Shown in pieces: positions 1 to 10,513 of a stretch of DNA of 20,580 nucleotides; positions within the stretch are counted from its first letter, which is position 1, and each line of letters opens with the position of its first letter. Source of the DNA: Ginkgo biloba (taxonomy: Eukaryota; Plantae; Ginkgophyta); the NCBI GenBank assembly GCA_024626585.2, contig JANKJI020000002.1, positions 5,958,045 to 5,978,624 on the forward strand. The letters run 5' to 3'. A program made the position numbers and the translations under genes. The notes below the pieces were generated by a model that was not told the origin of the DNA, ran no database searches, and saw only the letters and a program-made list of their open reading frames with translations.

Positions 1-643
1 TTTTTGTTACAACTCTAACTTTAATAGTGGATGGTTTATTATATTTATTGAGGACAAGGTCTTGGATAGTAACAACAACAATAATCAACTCAACTTTTGG
101 ACATTCAACTAACAAAAATCCCTTTAAAATAATTGGAAGAAAAAATAAAGAAGAATGAGGGAGATTAACAAGCATAGAAGCACAAAAACTGTCTGCAGTA
201 CTAAAAAGAATACAACTTCTTGAAATTTGAAATGAACTAAACTTTGTCTGGCATTGTATATTGAAAAATTGAACTAAAGCATTATGTAAATGTGTTGGCC
301 CAATACTAACTTGTCATTTAAATCAATGGCATGGATCCTATGTGAAGGGTTGATGCTAAACAAGCTCTTGGGCATTAATGTGTTAAGAGAGAGAGGAGAA
401 GAGAGGAAGGCAACTTGAGCTATAAAAGAAACACGCCCATATAAACATCCCAACCACTGTAATTTTGGATTAAGTTAAGCATGTCCCACACTTAAGTTTA
501 TTTCACTAAGAGTTGGGCATGTCCTAACCTGAGGATCATTTACTTCTCAATGTTTACTTATTCAATGACACAATGCTCACATAAACAAACTTTGATTTAC
601 TAGTCATTGTTTTAGCATAATCTATAATAGTCATTCACATATT

Positions 644-789
644 CATAATTCATAGAATTAATTCACAATTTATCACCAATAGATAACATAATATCAATGA
701 ACACATTTATAACATTCCATCATAATACACTATTTAATGAAAGCTCCACTTCATTAACAATGACATTAAATAATATTATAAAGACCAAG
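644..789 (+). repeat. Dispersed repeat, copy A (partner at 11804-11948)
   Basis: Manual alignment to 11804-11948 gives about 27 mismatches plus one 1-nt indel over 146 nt (about 81%), same orientation. Shared blocks include attcacaatttatca, ataatatcaatgaa and cacttcattaac. Confidence 0.9.
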
Positions 790-974
790 TGTTTAACTGC
801 ATATCTTTTTACTATGATAGGAGTTAACTAAAACTTATGCTAATAGTTCATTGATCATACATTCATCCAACAATTATCCACAAATTAATCTATGTAATAA
901 TTAACAAACCATTAAACATGTTTATGGAAATAAACTCGATTATCACCAACAAATAACATAATTAACATAACACA

Positions 975-1028
975 TTTTTTTTTTTATTAGGATGGAAGGG
1001 GTGTTGAAAGGTCCCCAAACCTTTTACA
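975..1028 (-). mobile_element. 3' end of a poly(A)-tailed non-LTR retroelement (LINE/SINE), truncated by an assembly gap
   Basis: T11 (975-985) is followed by 43 nt that match 7795-7837 at 40/43 positions, and that copy is also preceded by a T-run. The minus strand reads ...ggggacctttcaacaccccttccatcctaat-A(n). The two copies have unrelated flanks beyond the A-tail. Confidence 0.7.
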
Positions 1029-1128
1029 NNNNNNNNNNNNNNNNNNNNNNNNNNNNNNNNNNNNNNNNNNNNNNNNNNNNNNNNNNNNNNNNNNNNNNNN
1101 NNNNNNNNNNNNNNNNNNNNNNNNNNNN

Positions 1129-1608
1129 AAGTACAAAGAAGAATCTATGAGGATGAAGCAATTCAAGAAAGAAGGGCATATTATGACTTTAATTATCATT
1201 AATTACTAGTTAATTAGTAGAATAATTATCATAAATATTAACTATTGATTAATAATAATCGATCATTAATTAGTTTTAATTGAAGGGTCACTTGATGAAG
1301 AGATTCGATAAAAAGACACTTCTTTTGACCCTTTGTGACCTGTATATAAGCCACTCTGTCAATTCATTTGGACATCAGATTGTTTCACATAATTAATACT
1401 TCTTTACTTCCTTCTTCTCATAAGAAGAAGTCCTATTCTATATTGGGTAGTAGGTGCTCTTAATTAGATGGTCAACTATGGTGGCAGGTGCCTCACAACC
1501 CCCTCTATTTTGTAATACTTGATACAATTTAATTAAAAATACATTTCATATTATAAAGTTATTAAATTTCTCAATACTATTTGATAGTTTCTTGTTTAGG
1601 ACATTATA
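1129..1608 (+). mobile_element. LTR-like fragment
   Basis: An AT-rich, palindrome-rich upstream segment precedes TATATAAG at 1343-1350. The segment ends in aggacattata (1598-1608), which resembles a decayed ...ACATTACA LTR terminus. No partner LTR or TSD is visible. Confidence 0.3.
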
Positions 1609-3079
1609 GTTTTGACAGCCTCTAATTTTTTCCCTGACTCTCTGTCATGAAAAAAAATTGCATTGCCATTTATCATTTTTTCATATCTCTATTCCAAAAC
1701 TAAAATAGTTACATGTACCATATCCATGTTTTATAAACATTAAATGAATTCACATTCTTTTACTTCTATACAATCCAATTTTGCTTTTATGGATTCTCTT
1801 TCCTTGGTCTTTTCTACTAACTTAGGTTTTATAAAATTAGATAATAAGTCTTGCCTGCATTTCTCCTTTTTATTCTTGTAGCTCTTCAAGTACTTTGGAT
1901 GGATCATATCCATCTACTTAACTATTTCATTTCTTATTTCCCACAAATATACTACCAATTTCTTCATGGTAGTCCTGTGTTCAACTACTGCCATTTGTGT
2001 CTTTTAATAAGTCTCATTTATTTTTAAGATTTTCTCATAAACAAAAAAAAAAAAAAAAGTATGCTTAACTCTAGTGTTTCAAGCTTAGTCAAATCCTTGA
2101 TATGTTCTAAACTGGACATATCTTCTTATGCTCAATTGTATAATTGTTCTCATTTTGTGCCTCTGTAATGCTAGAGATCTTTATAATATTTTCATGATAT
2201 TGGCACAAATTTCATTTTAGGTCCTTAGGCTTCTTCTTATACTCATCCAATTTCATATTAACCATTCTAAAGACTCCTTCATTCAAGATTTTAACTCATG
2301 AATACATCATTACCGCTAGTTGTAGTTCAATCTGTTTTATTTTTAATTCCTCTTATGTAATCTTAACTCTTCTTTTTCTTGTTATTTCGCAAAGCCTAGC
2401 CACTACCATCTTTAATTTGGCTAGCTCTATATCATAAAAAAATATGTGTGCTTNNNNNNNNNNNNNNNNNNNNNNNNNNNNNNNNNNNNNNNNNNNNNNN
2501 NNNNNNNNNNNNNNNNNNNNNNNNNNNNNNNNNNNNNNNNNNNNNNNNNNNNNNNNNNNNNNNNNNNNNNNNNNNNNNNNNNNNNNNNNNNNNNNNNNNN
2601 NNNNNNNNNNNNNNNNNNNNNNNNNNNNNNNNNNNNNNNNNNNNNNNNNNNNNNNNNNNNNNNNNNNNNNNNNNNNNNNNNNNNNNNNNNNNNNNNNNNN
2701 NNNNNNNNNNNNNNNNNNNNNNNNNNNNNNNNNNNNNNNNNNNNNTCCCCCACAATATTATAAGCATTTCAATTTCTCTTTACACCTCTTATTTTCATGG
2801 ACACACTTGTATTCCTTAATGTTGTACGCTATTTGTAGGGGTGGACTCTTTTGCTTTATACTTTTAGAGATAATCTTTGATTATCCCTTCTCTATCAAAA
2901 TCTTGCTTCTATCCTTCATCCAACTCCTTTTCCTTATTTGAGTTTTGTTGCTCCTTTACTTACACTTCAATTTATTTAGACCTCTATGGTTCCTTGTTTT
3001 ATTTTGAGCTCTCTAACTCATTCCTTTATTATGAAAATTATCGCTCATCCTTTTTAGAGCTCTACATCTCTACACTCTA

Positions 3080-4483
3080 TTATTCTATTTCATTTGAAGT
3101 AGTTGTGTTTGTGTCCTCATCTAATTCATCTTCCTCAAAATTCTCTTCTACATAGTCTTCTTTCTTGTTAGACTCTAGTAGAACTCCTAAGTTGTCATCT
3201 TCCTCTTCTTTCAACCCAAAGTCCCCAACCACTTGGGACTCTATTGTCCTCCTAGTTTCTCTTTCTACAATCTTCCATTTTCCTTTGTGATTTTTCTCCC
3301 AAGGCATATTTACATATCTACCCTTTTCTAGTTTACATGGCATATATATATCCATTATATTAAAAATTCTATAGAGTGGAATAAATTACTATAAGAGTCA
3401 TACTACCCTTTAAACTATAGAAACTCATCATTTTCTTTTATCAAATTAAATTTGTAATTATCCTTTTAATACAATACCCCCTTGAACAACTGAATACCAT
3501 AAATGTCCAAACCTTTGGTCATATCTTGTGGACTTCTTCTCTTATTCTTGCAAAAATAAATATGCTCATCTATCTTGTGACTTCATTGATCACATGCTTA
3601 TCTTATACAAACTTAAGTAATTATTGTAATTATTGTAAACTTTGAAAATAGTATATAGTCCTCCCTTTCAAAGAAGTCGCCAAATTTTTCTAATCACTTC
3701 TTGCATTCTTCCAGCACCCTTACATNNNNNNNNNNNNNNNNNNNNNNNNNNNNNNNNNNNNNNNNNTTTGATACTTGGAAATTTAGCTTGTTATACTTTT
3801 CCCTAGGCCACCACTCAAACAATAACTTCTTATAACTCCAAATCTTAGGCATTTTAGTCTTCTTCCTTATTATCATTTCCTTTAGTACTTTTGAAAGTAA
3901 CCGAGTAATTGGGATATATACATGATTGAAATAAGCACCTTCTCTCTCTTTATGAGTTATATCCTATTGGACTTTCTTTGCAAAAATATATGTAAAATTA
4001 TACTACCTCTTATTATTCAATGAATCATAAAGAATCCTTATCTAGTACATGGACACATTTAAAGCCAATTCTAAACCAATTATCCAAATCAATGTGTAGG
4101 TACTTCCTTGAAAAGCATCTATCATAATTTTATCAATATTTAGGACTTTGTCTATATGAGCCTTGTACTCATTCATTATCCAAATCCTATTGGCATCTCC
4201 ATTTACATATACCTTATACCATTTTTTTTCTAACTCCAAAGTGATTTTTATTTCCTAATTCGATATATCACACACTTTGGAGATAATGTTTGCATTGATC
4301 TCTAAAATCTTAGTCTTTAAATCTAATCTCTTAAAATAGTCTGTGTAAAGGGTTTCCTTTACAAGAATTAGGCTCGAGATAATTCTAGGTAGCATTACTA
4401 ACATATGTAATTAGTTAACTTTGAATAATTCTTTCAACTCCACTTCAAATTTTGTCAACCTTACTTGCTTTATAATCTTCACT
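3080..4483 (-). pseudogene. Decayed retroelement accessory ORF (non gag/pol), copy 1
   Basis: One minus frame runs from 4483 to about 3650 (about 278 codons) with only six stops (4411, 4255, 4042, 4003, 3964, 3694) despite very AT-rich sequence. It joins listed ORFs 4042-4239 and 3694-3876: ...YTLIWIIGLELALNVSMY*IRILYDSLNNKR*YNFTYIFAKKVQ*DITHKEREGAYFNH...RVLEECKK*LEKFGDFFERED. An acidic low-complexity segment follows (ORF 3080-3355). The family assignment is from my recollection of plant LTR-element extra ORFs, not from a search. Confidence 0.55.
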
Positions 4484-5329
4484 NNNNNNNNNNNNNNNNN
4501 NNNNNNNNNNNNNNNNNNNNNNNNNNNNNNNNNNNNNNNNNNNNNNNNNNNNNNNNNNNNNNNNNNNNNNNNNNNNNNNNNNNNNNNNNNNNNNNNNNNN
4601 NNNNNNNNNNNNNNNNNNNNNNNNNNNNNNNNNNNNNNNNNNNNNNNNNNNNNNNNNNNNNNNNNNNNNNNNNNNNNNNNNNNNNNNNNNNNNNNNNNNN
4701 NNNNNNNNNNNNNNNNNNNNNNNNNNNNNNNNNNNNNNNNNNNNNNNNNNNNNNNNNNNNNNNNNNNNNNNNNNNNNNNNNNNNNNNNNNNNNNNNNNNN
4801 NNNNNNNNNNNNNNNNNNNNNNNNNNNNNNNNNNNNNNNNNNNNNNNNNNNNNNNNNNNNNNNNNNNNNNNNNNNNNNNNNNNNNNNNNNNNNNNNNNNN
4901 NNNNNNNNNNNNNNNNNNNNNNNNNNNNNNNNNNNNNNNNNNNNNNNNNNNNNNNNNNNNNNNNNNNNNNNNNNNNNNNNNNNNNNNNNNNNNNNNNNNN
5001 NNNNNNNNNNNNNNNNNNNNNNNNNNNNNNNNNNNNNNNNNNNNNNNNNNNNNNNNNNNNNNNNNNNNNNNNNNNNNNNNNNNNNNNNNNNNNNNNNNNN
5101 NNNNNNNNNNNNNNNNNNNNNNNNNNNNNNNNNNNNNNNNNNNNNNNNNNNNNNNNNNNNNNNNNNNNNNNNNNNNNNNNNNNNNNNNNNNNNNNNNNNN
5201 NNNNNNNNNNNNNNNNNNNNNNNNNNNNNNNNNNNNNNNNNNNNNNNNNNNNNNNNNNNNNNNNNNNNNNNNNNNNNNNNNNNNNNNNNNNNNNNNNNNN
5301 NNNNNNNNNNNNNNNNNNNNNNNNNNNNN
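4484..5329. other. Assembly gap (846 N), the largest of eight gaps totalling 1679 N
   Basis: Direct count of N runs. ORFs spanning it are artefacts. Confidence 0.99.
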
Positions 5330-6448
5330 GCTCCTTTTATATCTTTTTGTTGGTTTATGAATTAGCATTTTTATGGTTCCATTAAGTGGTGGAATTTGTA
5401 TTTGACCATAATCTTTTAACACTATCTTCTTCCTTTATCATTCTTCTTTGGATTTATTACATTTTACCAGCATAAATCCTTTTTGTTTCATCAATTTTGA
5501 TGACCTTTTGAGTCAATTTTTCTTTTTGAGCTTATTTCTCATCATTTGATTTTGCTATTTGTCCAAACTTTCATCACTTTATACATTTTCATGTGATAAT
5601 GTTTTTATCATATTTGACTTAATATCTTAAGTCTTAGGAGAAAAATTATGACAAATTTTCTTGGACATTGTGAAACTTGCATCTCCCTTTACCATTTGGT
5701 ATATTTATTTTCCTTCTCTCATTTATCCTTTCAATTTTATTCCATATTGAAAAATACTTCTTGCAATAACTAGTCACTGCCCTATGTCATATTCTGGTCC
5801 TTTAACATTTTTTTGTGACTTGTTACTTTCTTGCAGCAATGTACTTCTTCTAATTTTCCTTTGTTTCAAATATGAATTCTTATTTCTTAGCATTGATTCA
5901 TGCATTTATTTCCTATTTTATTTAATCTCTATGATTTATACTTAGTAACTATAATTCTCTTTTGTATGTTTCCTTTCTCTCCTAGGCATACTAACTTGTC
6001 AAAGTGCTATGTACACATAAATGCCATTAAGTTGCACCCTTTTGCACTATATAATTAAATTTATGCAAGTGTCCATTTCTTATGACTCAGTCATTTTCTT
6101 GTGTATTTATCTAGTTCTATGTCACACTTTCCATAGTCTAATTATGGTGTTTTCTATTGAAAGAATCATATGTATACAATTACTACTCAATTTCATTGCA
6201 TTCCTATTTGAGTTACACTTATTTTTGTAAGTTAGAGGTGTTTGTCACTTCATTGCTACATGTTACGTAATCTCTAATCATTTGACTTATATATCTCTTC
6301 TACAATATTTCAATTCTTTATGATAATATATTTTTTTCCTCCAACATCATTTTTATCTTTTTTCTTTTACTTTATTTACATGCTAACTATGCATATTTAT
6401 AAATTATTTAGTTCTAATATCTACTTAATTCTTTAAGCAACTCAATAC
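5330..6448 (-). pseudogene. Possible decayed LTR-retrotransposon gag (coiled-coil region plus CCHC zinc knuckle, copia-like)
   Basis: The minus strand is A-rich. 5588->5544 translates KCIK**KFGQIAKSN, resembling a CxxCxxxGHxAxxC knuckle. 5845->5777 translates STLLQESNKSQKNVKGPEYDIGQ, resembling the L..Q....K.GLGY..G motif that precedes the knuckle in long-gag copia (SIRE/Maximus-type) elements. Heavily degraded. Confidence 0.4.
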
Positions 6449-6878
6449 NNNNNNNNNNNNNNNNNNNNNNNNNNNNNNNNNNNNNNNNNNNNNNNNNNNN
6501 NNNNNNNNNNNNNNNNNNNNNNNNNNNNNNNNNNNNNNNNNNNNNNNNACAACTAATCATTGATTATTACAATATTATTTATTTATCCATTCTACTTATG
6601 TCACATAAATATTATGACACTTTATTACATAACATAGCCTATTCTAATATATCTAACATTTCCTTAGTAAGAAAGGTGCCTTTGTTGGAAATTTACAACT
6701 TTTTTATTTTAATTTTTAAGAACAACTCCAAAAAGTCTCTAAAAAGTCCCTCAAAAAATGATCTTTCAAAAACTTTTATATCTCTTTGAATAACTGCTCC
6801 TTCAGTTATTATAATTGTCTATTCAACTTCTAGAAAGGTTGTTGTTCATTTCTTGTTTCATTTTTTTTTTTGCATTTT

Positions 6879-7118
6879 GTGTACATTTTCTCGCGTAGTG
6901 CATTTTCTAGCATAGTGCAGTTTCTTGCTTAGTGCATTTTCTTGCACAGTGTATTTTCTTATGACTTTGCGATGTTGCCTTTTTGTGTGACTTTGTGATA
7001 ATGCATTTTCTCACATAGTGCATTTTCTTATAACTTTGTGATATTTCCTTTTTGCGTGATTTTATGATAGTGAATTTTCTCGTGTAGTGCATTTTCTTGC
7101 ATAATGCATTTCCTTGCA
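6879..7118. repeat. Composite minisatellite: ten 17-bp units (consensus TAGTGCATTTTCTTGCA) and two 35-bp units
   Basis: 17-mers start at 6879, 6896, 6913, 6930, 6947, 6999, 7016, 7068, 7085 and 7102. The 35-mers at 6964-6998 and 7033-7067 are similar to each other, giving a higher-order period of 69 bp. Confidence 0.92.
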
Positions 7119-7783
7119 ATGGCAATTTCATAGGTCAACTTCCTAAACCCATAACTTTTGCATATAGACTTTATTTTTTGAAACCAAGATATTGCCGAAA
7201 AGGCCTCAATATATAATTTTTGAATATGTAAATTTAAATCTCTAAAAATACAAAAAAATTTATATAAATCCTTTGTAACATCATGGAATAGTTTTTCGTT
7301 CATCTGACTATCTTATTGTTTAATCGGCTCACTGTTCTCATCGATTTCTTACTATTATCACTCAAACCATTAAAACAACCTAAAATAATCATGCTAGACA
7401 CCTTAAAAGGTGGATTCATTATGCAATTTATCATCTCCTTCCACCAAGAATATTGAAGTTGATAATGATCCTTGTTCATTAAATTCGACTTGGATCACTA
7501 AAGATCATGAGATTCATGATGTGGGAATATTAAAAGATCCTAGGATCTTACCAAAGATTCTAAAATGAAGTTATCTTGGCTACTTTCATAAAAAAAAGTT
7601 GACATAATTATCTAATGCTTGATTTGGATCTTTGTATGAAACAACTCCCTTTGCTCCTACTACACCCTTAGTTGGAATTTATTCACCATCAAAACCAATG
7701 TGGGATCTATCTCATCATCAAGTATGGACACTCAAGGTATGTCTTTCAGGTCATATTTCTGGAGGGGAAGAATCTTAGCTTTC

Positions 7784-7849
7784 TTTTTTTTTTGATTAAG
7801 ATGGAAGGGGTGTTGAAAGGTCCCCGAACCTTGTACATCTCCGCCATTC
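7784..7849 (-). mobile_element. 3' end of a poly(A)-tailed non-LTR retroelement, second copy, truncated by an assembly gap
   Basis: T10 (7784-7793) followed by gattaagatggaaggggtgttgaaaggtccccgaaccttgtacatctccgccattc, 93% identical to 986-1028 over 43 nt. The minus strand ends cttaatc-A(n). Confidence 0.72.
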
Positions 7850-8440
7850 NNNNNNNNNNNNNNNNNNNNNNNNNNNNNNNNNNNNNNNNNNNNNNNNNNN
7901 NNNNNNNNNNNNNNNNNNNNNNNNNNNNNNNNNNNNNNNNNNNNNNNNNAATTTCTGATATAATTCTCCCTTCTTCCATATGAGGTTTTCATATGCTGCA
8001 GCACACATTAAGCCAATGTTAATTAAGCCAACCAATTCAACTGAATTAATTATGATTTAAAAATTCAATTAATGCCGCAATATACGTAAAATTTACAATT
8101 CAATGGATCAAATCGTCTCTGGTTGTAAAATGAGGGCGAAGGTGCTGGAGATGTGTCGCTGCAACGTACCTGCACTGACACATTCATGATTGATCACAAT
8201 CACCGTAATATGTTTAACGAGTATACCCTAAATTTGGGTGGGTACATAGGCACGAGTAGCTCACAATTGGGTGTAATGCAGGGAGAAAGGGGATTTTAAT
8301 GGGTGATTGGGGCTGCATCCTTCGATGGAATCTTTTTCAATGGAAAAGTATATAGTTAATCGATTATTATTGAACGAATACTTTTGCATGATGTTTAGGT
8401 CTTCTATAAGTTTCGAGATATTTATAATAATCTCTACATA

Positions 8441-9553
8441 AAATTAAAGAAGATCAAGTAAGGATTTAATAATGCCCCTATTTTGGAATTGATTGATATC
8501 AAATTACCATTTAAGATTGAAGCTAATGCATCATGGCATGTGCTAAGAACAATTTTGATTCAATAGAAAAAAATAATTGCTTATCATTCTAATAATTTTA
8601 TAGAAGTAGTGCAAGGATAATCTACTTATAATAAGGAGATGTAAGCATTAGTTTAAGTAGTAAAGAATTAGAGGCATTTTCTCCTTGGAAAGGATACTGT
8701 TATACACTTATATAATAAAGTTGTTTTAGTATTTGTAGAATTAATCCAAGCTATAAAATACCAAGGCATCTCAAATGGGTTACATAATTATAATAGTTTA
8801 ATATTATTATTAGGTACATGAAATGTACTAAAACATAATTACTAACCTTCTCTTTAGAGTCCCTATTTTTTCTTTAAGATCTTTGTCAAAGTTGATTATT
8901 TTGGATTTGATGAATATGAAGAGATTTACATGGATGAAAAATCTTATGCAAAGATATACTCTACCATTCAATAAGAAGTGTGGGTACACTATGGAATGCC
9001 CACATCTATCATCTATGACAAAGAGAATAAATTTCATAGCCATTTTTCACATCCTCTAGATACTCATGGATATTAGATTAAAAAGGAGTATACATTTTTA
9101 TCTATAGTTAATCTAAAGTTATTAATAAAATAATGTTATAACTCTTGAGTATGTATAATCATATGCATCCCAAGACATTGCATAAAAATGTGCCATATAT
9201 ATAGTATAGTTATAATACATCTATTTATATCTCCACTTAAGGATTCTTACCCAAGGATCCTATTGACATAAGTAGAATTGTATTAGAAGCTAGTTCAAGT
9301 AGGAAAAGAGCAACTCAACAATATGTAGTAAAATTTATTAATCATAGCTAGTAGGTGCAGAGGTTACAATTGTATATGGATTCACAAGCTAATGCTTGTA
9401 AAGATCACATGTTAGTACCTGAAATAATCATAGGATATTTTTGGGTATAAATAAAAAGCTTCATAAGTGAAATGATTAGTAAAATCACAAGTTTTTCCTG
9501 AAGAGAAATTGAGAAGAAGAATATTTTGTATTAATTTGGACATCAATACAACT
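8441..9553 (+). mobile_element. pol: Ty3/gypsy LTR retrotransposon pol remnant (RNase H + integrase), pseudogenised; chromovirus/CRM-like
   Basis: Frame 2 from 8441 reads NAPILELIDIKLPFKIEANASWHVLRTILIQ*KKIIAYHSNNF...STYNKEM*ALV*VVKN*RHFLLGKDTVIH, matching the Ty3 RNase H pattern AP.L..PD...PF.IETDAS...YDKELYALV...W.HYL.GK. It continues *YL*N*SKL*, RHLKWVT*L**FNIIIRY. Integrase core segments follow: EVWVHYGMPTSIIYDKENKF, MDIRLKRSIHFY, KVINKIML*LLSMYNHMHPKTLHKNVPYI*YSYN. The RH-then-IN order is diagnostic of gypsy. The clade call is inference. Confidence 0.92.
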
Positions 9554-9653
9554 NNNNNNNNNNNNNNNNNNNNNNNNNNNNNNNNNNNNNNNNNNNNNNN
9601 NNNNNNNNNNNNNNNNNNNNNNNNNNNNNNNNNNNNNNNNNNNNNNNNNNNNN

Positions 9654-10513
9654 ACGCCTAAATTCTCAATGTGAAACTCACAGGTGACTTACAGTGTTAG
9701 CTGCTGTAACAAGAACTTCTTTAGAATGCTAATGGATTCTTTGTATTATGTCCTGCCCTTTTTTTATGACCTACCAGGGAAGTAATTTTGAAGATCAGGC
9801 GCATCTCCCTCTCTCGCATGTTGGATTTGAAAATATTGATGGCGCCCTCCGTGACTCGAGTGGCATTACTCCCTACTTTAAAGCTAGTTGGGCATATGGC
9901 AGGGTCTCGTAGGGTAAGTACCATAGTCTCCGTTCTTCATTTAATACGCCCCTTTTAAAGTCACCATAACTTCCCACAGGAGTAAGAGATGCGGCCATAT
10001 GACAGGAGGACGGTAAGTGGCGCGTTCTTATGCACCCTAAGTTCGCGTTCCATCTTCACTCTTTTATCTTGTTATGGAGGTTTCTCGGGGATTCTGGCAC
10101 ATGAGATTCTTACATCTATCTCAATCGTGGAGAATCTCTGGCTCGCATAATTTCTCCCTTGGCTTGCCTTCTACTGGATGTCTCCCCGTGGGACAGGCAC
10201 GTACTTATTCATTCTTGCAATACCTTATGCACTTTCCTCGAGGCATGGCCCTGGGTATGCTCTTAAAGTGATGCGACGAGTGCGCTCTACATGATTTAAT
10301 ACCGCCTCCTTCATACTTGCATTCATTCATCAAGGCAACAAGGAAACCTGTAAAATATATCTTTTATGGAACTTATAACAGGCCCGAGTCACTTCAATCA
10401 AGGGTGCTGGTGGAACATCCTCCGGAGATTATTCTCGAGCAACCAGGAGGAATTCACTGTATCGATCTGAGCTAGTGAAGTTTATGAAGGGAATTGGTGT
10501 GTGCTACTTATGA
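9654..10513 (+). pseudogene. Decayed ORF of unknown family in a GC-richer, CpG-retaining block (probably from a younger TE)
   Basis: Frame 1 9766-10248 reads MTYQGSNFEDQAHLPLSHVGFENIDGALRDSSGITPYFKASWAYGRVS*...MHPKFAFHLHSFILLWRFLGDSGT*DSYIYLNRGESLARIISPLACLLLDVSPWDRHVLIHSCNTLCTFLEAW (4 stops). After a +1 shift near 10249 it reads PGYALKVMRRVRST*FNTASFILAFIHQ...LYRSELVKFMKGIGVCYL* to 10513. I recognise no RT, RH, IN or transposase motif. Confidence 0.5.

Noticed and set aside
385-428. Purine tract (385-410) and TATAAAAG (421-428) as a PPT or promoter
   Set aside because: The tract is not followed by a TG LTR start, and no downstream gene is evident.
2427-5422. Listed ORFs of 105-325 aa (2427-2941 group, 4421-5422 group) and the ORFs at 987-1199 and 7672-8035
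   Set aside because: They are open only because they run through N gaps; these are artefacts.
6879-7118. CRISPR-like appearance (short repeats with 35-bp intervening segments)
   Set aside because: The two 35-bp segments are copies of each other, most 17-mers are directly adjacent, no cas genes are present and the context is eukaryotic TE DNA.
6907-7303. ORFs 6907-7131 and 7028-7303 with repeated KKMHY.RKC motifs
   Set aside because: These are translations of the tandem array (the 69-bp period keeps the frame), with no evidence of real coding.
8828-9043. 71-aa minus-strand ORF
   Set aside because: Antisense shadow of the gypsy integrase remnant on the plus strand.
9721-10271. ORFs 9721-9924 (-) and 10074-10271 (+) as independent genes
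   Set aside because: They are short, motif-less and overlap the longer decayed frame, so more likely antisense or alternate-frame shadows.
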